The notes under the pieces: generated by a model
Told to the model about the DNA's origin: nothing
The model's database searches: none
What the model saw: the letters and a program-made list of their open reading frames with translations, nothing else
Program-made: the position numbers and the translations under genes
Assembly (NCBI GenBank): GCA_964016885.1
Contig: OZ024743.1
Location: forward strand, 188,294,001-188,358,000
Length of the DNA: 64,000 bases
Reading direction: 5' to 3'
Origin: Eledone cirrhosa
Lineage: Eukaryota
Part shown: one piece after another, positions 52,604 to 64,000 of the stretch
Layout of the letters: every line of letters starts with the position of its first letter
Numbering within the stretch: position 1 is the first letter of the stretch

Positions 52604-55600
52604 ATACAAAACTAAAAACTTATACGAAGTTAATAATAATTTACATGACCAACTCTTAATAGATAACATCACCTCTAAATACCAAATAGCTAATATAAAC
52701 ACGTATAATAATATAAATAAGGAAGCTAAAGAATTAGCTAGTTCTTTAAAAATAGATAATAGGTCAGAAAAACTTGCTAAACCTGAATTTATTAATCGTC
52801 CTAGTTGTAGAATAATCAACCCTGCTAAGACTGATGTTAAATAATATAAACACACAGATTAGAAGTAAGTCTGAATTACTCCAATGGATAAACAGTTCTT
52901 CCGTAGCACATTGTTTTAATAATATTAAAGATAAAAATAGTTCTAGATTCACCCAATTTGACATTGTGGATTTCTACCCGTCTATCACTCAGACTCTTTT
53001 AACGAAAGCCTTAAATTTCGCTAGAAAGTTTACCAGTATTTCTGATATTGAAGAGAATATCATCTTGCATGCTAGAAATACTCTACTCTTTACTGATAAT
53101 GACACTTGGGTAAAAATATCTAACCCAGAGAACCCATTCGATGTCTCAATGGGTTCTTTTGACAGTGCTCATGTTTGTGATTTAGTCGGCCTATTCCTCC
53201 TACACACACTTAAAGGAAAATTCCCTAACCATATTTTTGGGCTTTATCGCGACGATGGTCTAATACTTTCCCATAGCACCATAGGCCATAACTTAGATAT
53301 ATTAAGGAAAGACTTAATAAAAACCTTCGCTAGTTTTAATCTTAAAATTACTATTGACACTAACCTTTCCAATGTTAATTTTCTAGATATAAATCTAGAT
53401 CTGCCTACTGCTTCTTATAAACCATACCATAAACCTAATGAACATTTAAAATATATCAATAAAGGCTCTTGCCATCCTCCTATAGTATTTAAAAACCTTA
53501 TCCCTAATATTAGCCATCGGATCTCCACCCTCTCTTCCTCAGAAGCTATTTTCAATAAGGCATCCCCTACTATAATAAAGCCCTTCAAAATAGCGGATTT
53601 AGCGAACCGATTGAGTACATACCCAACAATACTAACTCTTTTAAACATAATAAGAGGAAAAGAAAAATAATCTGGTTCACACCCCCCTACTCTCTAGCAG
53701 TTAAAACTAATGTAGGCAAAAAATTCCTAGAGCTCTTAGATAAACATTTACCTAGAACACATAGATACTATAAGATCTTCAATAGAAACTGTGTCAAAAT
53801 TAGCTACTCCCGCGGTTCCCCTATTAAATCTTATATCATCAATAAGAAATCACCCAGAGAACATCAAAATTGCTCCTGTAGAGTCAAAGGTGAATGCCCA
53901 TTACAAGGTAAATGCAACACCAAAGCCATTGTATATGCGGCTAAAGTGACAACCATCAGCAACAACCATCCAGCCACCAGCGAACGATATGTGGGTATGA
54001 CACAAGACAAATTCAAAACGCGTTATTACTCACATGTCGCATCTTTCCGACATCCAGAAAAAAGATTTACAACAGCTCTGGCTAGCAGAATATGGGATTT
54101 GAAAGACCAAGGTATCCAATATAAATTGGATTGGTCAATTTTGAACCAATCTAAAGAACATGCAAGAGGAACAAGAAGACGCACACTCTGCATAAGCGAA
54201 AAATATTGGATTTTACAGAACCTTAAATCACCAAAAACCTGCCTAAATACAAAAGCAGAAATTTTCACCAGTTGCCCACACATGAAATCACACTTGCTTT
54301 CCAGCTCATATAAACTTAACTCACTTTCAGATACTTATCCTCCATAAACTCATGTTCTTCACTATCCTTAAATTATCCTCTTTACAGATTTCTCTTTCCG
54401 ATTTACTTTCATTTTTAACTTTATTTTTAACTTTATTTTTATTTTTACTTCACATCCACCAGTAACCCCCCCCCTACTTTTTGATTCACTTACCTAATAT
54501 CTTCAGATTCCACATTTTACTTCCCCATTTTCTTTCACTACCTGATATCACCTGTCACTTGCGTTTTCCACACCAGATATATTCGCAGCCGATTTTATAT
54601 TTGTACTCATTCATTAATACGGCTGGTTTATAATCTGTATCTATGCGTGTGAGAGTGCATATGTGTGTATACGTTCTGTATATGTATACAGACGCCTCCG
54701 TATGTGTGCGTGCGTACGTATATATATGTGTGTGTATGTGTGTTTTTATATCTATGTTTTTACATACTTATTTATACGTGTGTGTGTATGTGGGTGAATG
54801 TATGTGTATGTGTATGTATATGTGTGTATATGTATACGTATGTATGAGTGTGTATGTATATATGTATATATATATATATATAATCGCGTACGTACGTGTG
54901 ATTAGATATACATGTGGCGATATATATATATACGTGCTTCGCGTGTATGTATGTACGCATGCGCTTTTGTCTGTACGTATTTATATGTATATATATTTAT
55001 ATATATATATATGTGTGTACGTGCGTACCTATGTTTGTTTTCTTTTTTCAAGTGTTAATTGATAACCCCTCCCACTTACTTTCTATTTGATTTAAAAAAT
55101 TTTTTTCATTCTCATATATTGTTTCATTTTTATACATATTTCGAGAATGACACTTCTTTTTACTATTACACTCCCTTCCCTCTTTATCTTCCGCATATAA
55201 GTGACCGGGTGTGTGTGTATTTATACGCGTGCTTTCATACTCGTATGTGTATTTAATACCTGTATCTGGATGCTTGTTAACTATATTATCTTACAATTTC
55301 TTTTTCAACTCATATTATATACGTATTTGTGGTCACATATACACAAATATACTTGCCCTCATATATGTACTTACGAACACATTTTCACCATACACATGCA
55401 TTTGTACATACACATATATGTACATCTGAGAGTGTATATACATACATATACACATACCCTAACTATATTTCCTTTTTTTATATATATCTCTTGCATTACT
55501 TTTATTTATATATTTTTTGCCCGTTAAACTCTTGCCTTTCTTGAGGAGATTTTTCAAATATTTCACTATGTTTCAAATTACCTTCTCCCATGAACGAATG

Positions 55601-55665
55601 AGGGCGCTTTTCGTATTCGGGAAACCTCTGGTAAATAGGTAATTATATTGTATTGTTTATTATAC
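52604..55665 (+). mobile_element. 5'-truncated Naiad-type PLE (RT, CxCx5C knuckle, GIY-YIG; coding ~52604-54347)
   Basis: KTKNLY, CRIINPAK, QFDIVDFYPSI, MGSFDSAHVCD, YRDDGL, WFTPPYS, CSCRVKGECPLQGKC, YVGMT..FKTRY..H, LCISEK, LN..E..CPH. Frameshift near 53570; decayed HHR at 55576-55644. Confidence 0.9.
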
Positions 55666-55684
55666 ATTATATTATATTATATAT

Positions 55685-55724
<40 letters not shown>

Positions 55725-55727
<3 letters not shown>

Positions 55728-55933
55728 GTATAAAATCAATACAATATAATTACCTCATTACCAGAGGTTACCCGAATGAGGCGAATACGAAATAAACGAT
55801 TTCATTCGTTCGTCAGACGAGGCAATATGAAATTGCCTCGTCTGACGAACGAATGAAGTCGTTTATTTCGTATTCGCCTCATTCGGGAAACCTCTGGTAA
55901 TGAGGTAATTATATTGTATTGATTTTATACATT
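55725..55933. repeat. 209-bp palindrome carrying two divergent hammerheads
   Basis: ~102-bp arms around the 5-nt loop ATGAA (55827-55831). Confidence 0.92.
55831..55910 (+). ncRNA. Type I hammerhead ribozyme, intact core
   Basis: AATTGCCTCGT-CTGACGA-A-CGAATGA..TCATTCG-G-GAAA-CC-TCT-GG-TA-ATGAGGTAATT. 11-bp stem I with two G·U pairs; GUA site. Confidence 0.85.
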
Positions 55934-56005
55934 AAACTTTGCTCTGATACTTACATAGAGCACTCTTCATTTCTATGACCTTTTCTGTTTCCAACTGAAA
56001 TTTCA

Positions 56006-56063
<58 letters not shown>

Positions 56064-56067
56064 GATA

Positions 56068-56182
<115 letters not shown>

Positions 56183-56188
56183 TATATA

Positions 56189-56270
<82 letters not shown>

Positions 56271-56318
56271 TATATATATATATATTATATATATATATAT
56301 ATATATTATTTATATATA

Positions 56319-56394
<76 letters not shown>

Positions 56395-56400
56395 TATATA

Positions 56401-56464
<64 letters not shown>

Positions 56465-56882
56465 CAGAAGTCGTAGACTAAAATTCTAACAAGGAGACCG
56501 AATGAATCTCCGCTACAGAGTTAAGAACAAAGTAAATAAATACAATACAGAAGTAATAGAAATAAATAAATACATACACGCAAACAAATACGTACATACA
56601 CAAACAAGCATACGCAAAACATTTACCATAGGTATACAAAATCACGCACATATAAATATGTGTGTGTGTGTATGCGTGTATACAAATAAATAAATAATTA
56701 TATAAACGTATATAAATAAATAAATACGTATATAACATGCGCGCACACATACCTACATGTAAATACACGAATGTTCGGAGACGTAAGTCAACCAAAACAT
56801 GAAGTACACATATACACACACCCTACATACGTACGAACCTGCTTTGAAATATCCACTTCTGCGTTTACAGATTGACTTTGTT

Positions 56883-56933
56883 AGTTTCAGAAGATCCCGT
56901 TAAGGGTGAAAGCAGCGATTCTTTGCTTAAACT
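56883..56933 (+). ncRNA. Variant type I hammerhead (U4A, U·U, CUU site) upstream of the Naiad ORF
   Basis: AGTTT-CAGAAGA-T-CCC-GTTAA-GGG-T-GAAA-GCA-GCGATTCTT-TGC-TT-AAACT. Confidence 0.7.
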
Positions 56934-57087
56934 TTAATCTGTTAATTTAATAAATATTTGCTCTACGGTTCTTATATATTTGATATATATTTATCCTTAT
57001 CGAGCCCTCTTTGGATTTCAGTCTTCAAATCTATTATTATTACTATTTGGCTCCCTCGGTTGAGCACTCTACTGACTTATATTCATC

Positions 57088-59214
57088 ATGCAGAAACAAC
57101 ATCTGAATATTTCTACAAAGAACATACGCGTACCAAGCAGGAAAACATACCTAAATCTCCTGATACAGAAAACAGACGCGTTCATTAAAAGGTTGCGTTG
57201 GCGTGCCTTTTATTTCGATAATCCGCGAAAAGCAGTCAACAAACAGGATAAATTTAGATTTAAAACCTATAATAACCCCCCGTGTAACCCAACATTGCTA
57301 ACCTTCGAAAATGATGTCTTGGAACTCATTCGGAGTATCAAATTTCGGAATAGGAGCAATTCCTTCCAGCAAGACCTGAAGAATAGAATTCGTTCTATTA
57401 AGGATTCTAATGCCGTGCACGTCCATTCCGACAAAACTGGCAACCTATATCAAGTGGAGCGCAGTACTTACCATCAACTACTACATAATGCTGTAACTAA
57501 GGATTACCGTAAAACTAATCGGTGCGTCATCAATGAAATCAACGATGCTGGGTTTAAAATCACATCAGATCTCAACATCCTGGACCGGACCGAACCTCTG
57601 GACCCTATTTCTCCCCACTTTACCCTGAAGGATCACAAATCCAATTTTCCGAACAACCCCTCTATTCGGCTTATTACCCCTACGAAGTCCGATTTGGGTA
57701 GACTTAGTAAAACGATTCTTGATAGAATTATACCTGAAATTAGAAGTTTGGCCCCTCTTGCACTGTGGTACAATTCTCTCGCGGTGATTGATTGGTTCAA
57801 CGGCATATGTAACAAGGAACATTGCCGTTTTATCCAATTCGACATCATCAATTACTACTCCTCCATCAATTTACCACTTCTCCTTAGAGCTATCAATTTC
57901 GCTAAAAAAAATAACAGTGGTTAAGGATTTCGAAGTTGATGTCATCCTCAATGCCCGAAAGTCGGTGATTAATTTAGACGACTCTATTTGGATTAAAAAA
58001 TCCAATAGTACCCCATTCGACGTGAGTATGGGTGCCAGTGATTCTGCGGAGGTTACTGATCTTATCGGCCTTTTCCCTCTTTTCTCTATCAAGGACGAAT
58101 TCCCCAACGCGGGCGGTGGTTTGTACCGTGACGATGGTCTTTTGACCGTGACTAAATGCGGACCTCGTGCTTGCGACAGGTTCAGAAAAGAACTCACAGC
58201 CTTCTTTAAAGGCTTCAACCTCTCTATACAGGTTGAGGCCAATCTCTCGGTCGTTAATTACCTCGACGTTACCCTCAATTTATTGAATGGGTTGTATTAC
58301 CCGTATAGAAAGCCGAATGATACGCTTAATTACATAAGTAAGCATTCCAACCATCCTGCCAGCATAACCAAGAACCTGGTAAGAAACGTTTCGTTTAGGC
58401 TTTCCCGTCTTTCCATCAACGAGCGTATTTCCAACGACCATTCCACTTATTACAATGAAGCTCTTGCTCGAAGTGGATTTGTCGATAAGGTAGCATATAC
58501 AGAGTACGAAAATAGACCTAGAAGAAATAGACCCCGTCGCATTTGTTGGTATAACACACCATATAATATGGAGGTGGCCACACCATTAGCTAAGATCTTT
58601 CTTTCCCTTATTACGAAGCATTTTCCCCCTACACATAAATATAGTAAAATCTTTAATAGAAATACTATTAAAATGTGTTACTCTACGACTCCTAACCTTG
58701 CACATAACATCACAGCTTCAAATTTAGCTAAACTACCTAGCCGTAGGAACACGTGCAACCCTGTAGTTAGTACTAACTGTAATTGTAGGTTCGGGTTGAT
58801 TGCCCCCTATCCGGGAAATGCCTCGCTAGTAACATTGTCTACAAATGTAAGGTTGTAACACTCACGTCCCGTAGGGCCTACATAGGGTTAACCGCCAATA
58901 GATTCAAGCAGCGTCTTTACATGCATACCCATTCTTTTCGTTACCCTCTAAGAAGGAATATGACGTCACTTTCAGCTTATATCTGGAGTATAAAAGACAA
59001 CCACACCCAATATTAGTTACACTGGGAGATCCTAGCTAGGGCTAGATCGTATAACGGTAATAAAAGACCATGTGACCTCTGCGCTACTGAGGCCCTGGAA
59101 ATACTCTACGCCACAGACCACATCTTAAACAAAAAATCTGAGGCAATTTCGGCTTGTAAACATAAATTGCACAAAACTTTCTTGTATTACAGCCCCACAT
59201 ACCCTAAGGGATAG
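57088..59214 (+). pseudogene. Naiad RT/GIY-YIG ORF with three lesions
   Basis: STKNI, FIKRLRWRAF, SDKTGNLY, TLKDHK, QFDI, MGASDSAEVTD, YRDDGL, CNCR..DCPLSGKC, YIGLT, CDLC, CKH. Frameshifts at the A-run ~57904-57911 and ~58790; TAG at 59014-59016. Confidence 0.9.
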
Positions 59215-59890
59215 TACGATCTATACGTGGATATTTTACGTCTTGATGTGGGAGCTAAGTATATGTTTTGTTTATACCATTACTTATTTGCATAGGTAAG
59301 TATATATTACCCGTATGTTTTGTGAAGGTACGTATACCTTCTCGTACGTATATTTGATTGTTTATGTTATGGCGTATAATTTTATATTTTCTGGTACATA
59401 TGGTTTGGTTATGTGTATACGGGAGTTTTTGCGTCTATGTGAGTATGCAGGTTCGTACGTATGTAGGGTGTGTGTATATGTGTACTTCATGTGTTGGTTG
59501 ACTTACGTCTCCGAACATTCGTGTATTTACATGTAGGTATGTGTGTGCGCTTGTTATATACGTATTTATTTATTTATATACGTTTATATAATTATTTATT
59601 TGTATACACGCATACACACACACACATATTTATATGTGCGTGGTTTTGTATACCTATGGTAAGTATTTTGCGTATGCTTGTGTATGTACGTACTTGTTTG
59701 CGTGTATGTATTTATTTATTTCTATTACTTCTGTATTGTATTTATTTACTTTGTTCTTAACTCTGTAGCGGAGATTCATTCGGTCTCCTTGTTAGAATTT
59801 TAGTCTACGACTTCTGCTATACCATTTACGTGGTTTTGTCTTTGCGTGCTATTGTTCTCCACGCTCCACAAATGACGTATATATATATAT

Positions 59891-59922
<32 letters not shown>

Positions 59923-59930
59923 ATATTATT

Positions 59931-60052
<122 letters not shown>

Positions 60053-60177
60053 ATATATTATATAGATATATATATATATTATATATATATATATTATATA
60101 TATATATTATATATATATATATTATATATATTACATATATATATTATATATATATTATATATATTATATATATATAT

Positions 60178-60209
<32 letters not shown>

Positions 60210-60499
60210 ATTATATATATACACAGTTCAAGAGTAACCAATCTTAAAGAGTAACCAATCATAGTAGAGGAGATATGAGAGGAGAGATTGGTGAGTTAGT
60301 TAGAAGCCAAAGCATAAAGGCATGTGCTCAATGTGCAATATGCAGTAGAAAGCAGCTAGGTGGCTGGGTTCATGCAGAAATTAGGTGCGCAGAGCTGGAA
60401 ATATTCATTAGTTAAGCAAAACAAGACCACAAATTTCACAAGGAACACATTATTAAAAGATTGTCAACATATTTTAGTTTGATGCAAGGAATGTAGAGA

Positions 60500-62760
60500 A
60501 TAATAGTAATAATATTAATAATAATAATGTCCGTTTATAATTGTTTCGCTACTCCATATAATATTTATGGATCAGATGACTATATATCATAATTGATCTG
60601 GTTCAGTTGAAAATAATTAACATATTTAAAAAACAGAGTGGCTCATCGGAACTCAAAGGAATATAAATTAAAATAATGGGATAATGTTACATAATATAAT
60701 GTTCCATATATTGGTATTTACTATGGTGTCTTGGTTGCATCAGCTGTCAGCCATAATCAAGCAATATTCATCTGTCGAGGCTGCATTGTGTGAGATCTGC
60801 CTATGGGTAACAAGATGGCTGCCAAAGGGCATATTTACCTTACTAATTAGAGGGTGGTTTCAGGGGAAGTAAATTCTCGAGAGATTAGAGATTGTGAGTA
60901 TTTATAGTTAAGTGCTAGTTTTTAAATTTTTTAATTGAGAGACAATGTAGGGGAGGTAACTTATAATTATCGAGTTGTTCATAGCAATTTAACTTATTAG
61001 TTACAAGTAGAAATGGGGCTACATGACTAAGTTGGGTCAAAAACTCTATTGCCGAAGGAATTAGCCCTTCGATGTTGACAGCTAATAGTTACCTCCGTTC
61101 AATCGTTAATCGGTAGAGGTCGTGATAGAGTTATGTAATATGCTTCCGCAACACAGAGATCACAAGATCTTCTTCGTCCATTGAACGGCTGGGCCCTAGC
61201 CACGATATCCCATTTTAGTGAGTGTTGAATGTTGTTTAATTTAAGGTTTTTAATAAGCCTAGCTAGCGATGTCGAACATCTGTTGCTAGGGTCTCGGAAG
61301 GAAAAAGAGTGCGCGTTATAGTGTACCTTAAAAGGGTTAGAGGTAGACCCGATATAAGAGCTGGTATTCGAAGCAGTCTCAACCGTGCACCTATGGACTA
61401 TGTTGGGTGTCAGGTAGTGTCCATTTAATGGGCATGCATTTGGGTAACGGCAGTTGCAGTTGCTTCTGCGGTTAGTGAGAGTAGGGTTGTTTAACCTAAG
61501 CGGTAGGTCCGTGCTAGAAGGATTAGATGGGGTAGGTGTGCTACTAGAGTAATTATTGGTGTAGTTGCGTGGTGTATTTGATAGGGATGGTGGTACCGCG
61601 GTGTGGGAGTTATACTGTCTTATCTTATGATGGTTACTGAACGCGATGTGGCTAGCTAGGTTAGGTGTTGTGGTGAATGAGATTTTAATGTTATTTTTAT
61701 TAAAGAGTTTGTAATATCTATGGTTGGGGGGAAGTGTTTGGATAGGATAGAGAAGAGGCGTTTGGGGATATTAGTGGCTAGATTAGATGAGAATGGTGGG
61801 TTGAGCCAGGTGATATTTATAGGTCTATTCCTTCTAGGGGTTCTAGTGGAGTTGGTAGGAGCCTTCCTAGGGTTATTATTACCTGGGGATTTGTTATTTG
61901 TCATCCCATTTCTCATTTCTATTCTAGGGTTGATTTTTAGTTTGCTACTTGGAGTGGGGAGCAGGCAGCTGCCACCATTAAAGTTCCCTGTATAGGTGCT
62001 GTTACTGCTAAAATTCCGGCGAATCTGGCTATATGCTAAGGTATTTCTAGTTCTAGTGTTAAGTTTATTATGGTGAGTTGCTGTGTTATGGCATTTAGGT
62101 ATGTAATAAATTGATTGTTTATAACCAGATTCAGAGAGAGCCTTATTATAATATTGTGCGTGGTTTATAAATATCTCTTCATTTGCTGATAGCATTGAGA
62201 TCCTATAAGAGATAGATTTGATTACTGCTCTGATGACTGACGGTGGGTGGTTAGAGTGTGGGCTAATATATGTTAGTATTTCACCTGGTTTATGGTAAGG
62301 GTTATAAAGGTCATTGTTGAGATCAAGGGTGACGTCTAGGAAGTTTACTACTTTATGGTTCAGCTCGATGGTGATAGAGAGACCGTTATTTTTGAATAAT
62401 CGATGTAATTGTTTCTTTAGCAAATCGATTCCCCGATTAGTGCAATTGTGGATCGCAAATAGAGCATCGTCCCGGTATATTCCGCCTGGCATGGGTTGGA
62501 TTTCGGCTCTGATGTTACTCAATAGGTAAATCCCGACTAAATCGGTGATTTGCGCGGAGTCACTTGAGCCCATCGTAATGTCAAAGTTGTCCGTTCTATC
62601 TTTTCTAGTCCAGAGTGCTCCGTTGAATTCAATGATAGTCTGCCTAGCCATGAGTAAGATGTTAATCTCATTATTGATTATGTCCGAGTTGGTGGTGGCT
62701 AGGGCTAGTGCTTTGTTGAGCAGTTCCGGGGTTGTACCCATGGGAGGTCGGGTACTCTGT
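60500..62760 (-). mobile_element. 5'-truncated Naiad-type PLE (coding ~62741 to 61027)
   Basis: MGSSDSAQITD, YRDDAL, NFLDVTL, SNHPP, WLNPPFS, CNCRYPNACPLNG, YIGST, CDLC, CQHR. Frameshift near 61720. The 3' boundary is approximate. Confidence 0.88.
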
Positions 62761-62855
62761 ATTATATATATATATATATATAATATATATATAATATATA
62801 TATAGATATATATATAATATATATATAGATATATATATAATATATAGATATATAG

Positions 62856-62960
<105 letters not shown>

Positions 62961-63048
62961 ATATATATATACATATATGCTGATTCAGTATATTTGTGGT
63001 GTATGGAGAAAGGAATATTCCAATATTAGCACTCTATGCTATAGCACC

Positions 63049-63139
63049 AAGAAGAACAAAATGAGGTTTCAGATTGAGGTTTTTATTGATTAGGTTAATC
63101 AATAAAAATCTCAATGTGAAACCATGTTTTATTCTTCTT
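63049..63139. repeat. Imperfect inverted repeat (~43-bp arms)
   Basis: AAGAAGAACAAAAT..GGTTTCAGATTGAGGTTTTTATTGATT mirrored after a short loop at ~63094. Confidence 0.7.
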
Positions 63140-64000
63140 AATATATATAAAAATTGTTCTTAGTAATGGTGAACTAACTGTTGTGAAACTACTTATATAT
63201 ATATATCAACATCATCACCGTTTTACATCCGTTCTTCTACGCTAGCATGGGTTAGACATATATATATACATATATATATTTATATAAAGTATTTCACACA
63301 GGTTATGATTACAAGTAGACACTCATTGTAATGCTGTTGCTACTAGTGAACACTTTTTCTGATCAAAAATTTTAGACACTATCTTTTATTAAGCAAAAAT
63401 GTTATCTTTATTCTTTGCACTTCAATCTTTCTTCTGTTTATTACTATCACCTGTAGTTAATATGTAATGAAGACTGATACTATAACTACATATCTAACAA
63501 GTATAAATTATATAGCAAAATAACAACAAAAAATGAAATTTTTCACACACAATTTCAAATGCACATATCAAGCTGGTGTACAAATAAGTGTGGTTTTTAA
63601 CCAGCAATTTTGAAGTAATTTATCTCAAATCAAGTTGAATTTTATTAACCAGAATAATATCAATTACAGTTTATATGATTTGCCAATAAGAAGGAAACCT
63701 ATTTATTTAAGTGGCATTAGTAAGCAATTGGACAGAGGTTTGAGAGTAAGCTGCATCGGGTACAGTTTTGTAGCCCATTTTATTCAGTTTCTGCAAAATC
63801 ATTTGAGAGAGATGTGGTCAGGTGTTGTTAGGGGAAGAATCCATTTCTTTTCAATTGGCTAATATTGAATGTAAATATAGTTCTTGGTGCATTTTGCAGA
63901 TTTGAAGAAGTATAGTTGATTATATTGACCCAGTACTTGACTATTACATTGTTTTACTGTCTCAGAGAGGATAAACAGCAACATTACTTCAATGAGATTT

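Larger units (their letters stand above)
56461..59877 (+). mobile_element. Near full-length Naiad-type PLE with inverted 5' pLTR
   Basis: 56461-56842 is the reverse complement of 59447-59820. A 5' pLTR with HHR precedes the ATG at 57088. Both ends lie in (TA)n. Confidence 0.92.

Noticed and set aside
60522-60585. Hammerhead at the 3' end of the minus-strand Naiad
   Set aside because: The core is broken (CTGATCC) and stem I pairs poorly; at most a relic.
61099-61101. In-frame TGA in the minus-strand Naiad as selenocysteine
   Set aside because: It falls at a basic (R/K) position of the LNxRxE motif; CGA-to-TGA decay is the simpler explanation.

Overview
This is AT-rich eukaryotic DNA, intergenic or intronic, saturated with (TA)n/(CA)n/(GAT)n microsatellites and transposon debris. 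The repeat complement suggests a coleoid cephalopod such as Octopus (inference). No host protein-coding exon can be supported, and most ORF-track calls are microsatellite translations. Mobile elements: a young 5'-truncated RTE LINE with an open 816-codon ORF and a PHD finger inside the RT (31127-33577, -), two further RTE copies, an internally deleted Tx1/L1-type LINE in an (AAT)n tract, a CRE-clade fragment, two mariner relics, two hAT MITEs, tRNA/CORE-type SINEs and a foldback element. There are also at least five Penelope-like elements (PLEs): four Naiad-type and one Neptune-type. The most striking signal is in the non-coding DNA: about 20 intact, variant or partial type I hammerhead ribozyme (HHR) motifs from many unrelated pLTR families. 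Several sit in near-perfect fold-back palindromes or in a 535-bp tandem/inverted array. They show recurrent non-canonical core features (U10.1·U11.1, U4A/U4C, G8A), and many are followed by a shared RCTC..GAGY hairpin. All structures were read by eye; no folding or database search was run.
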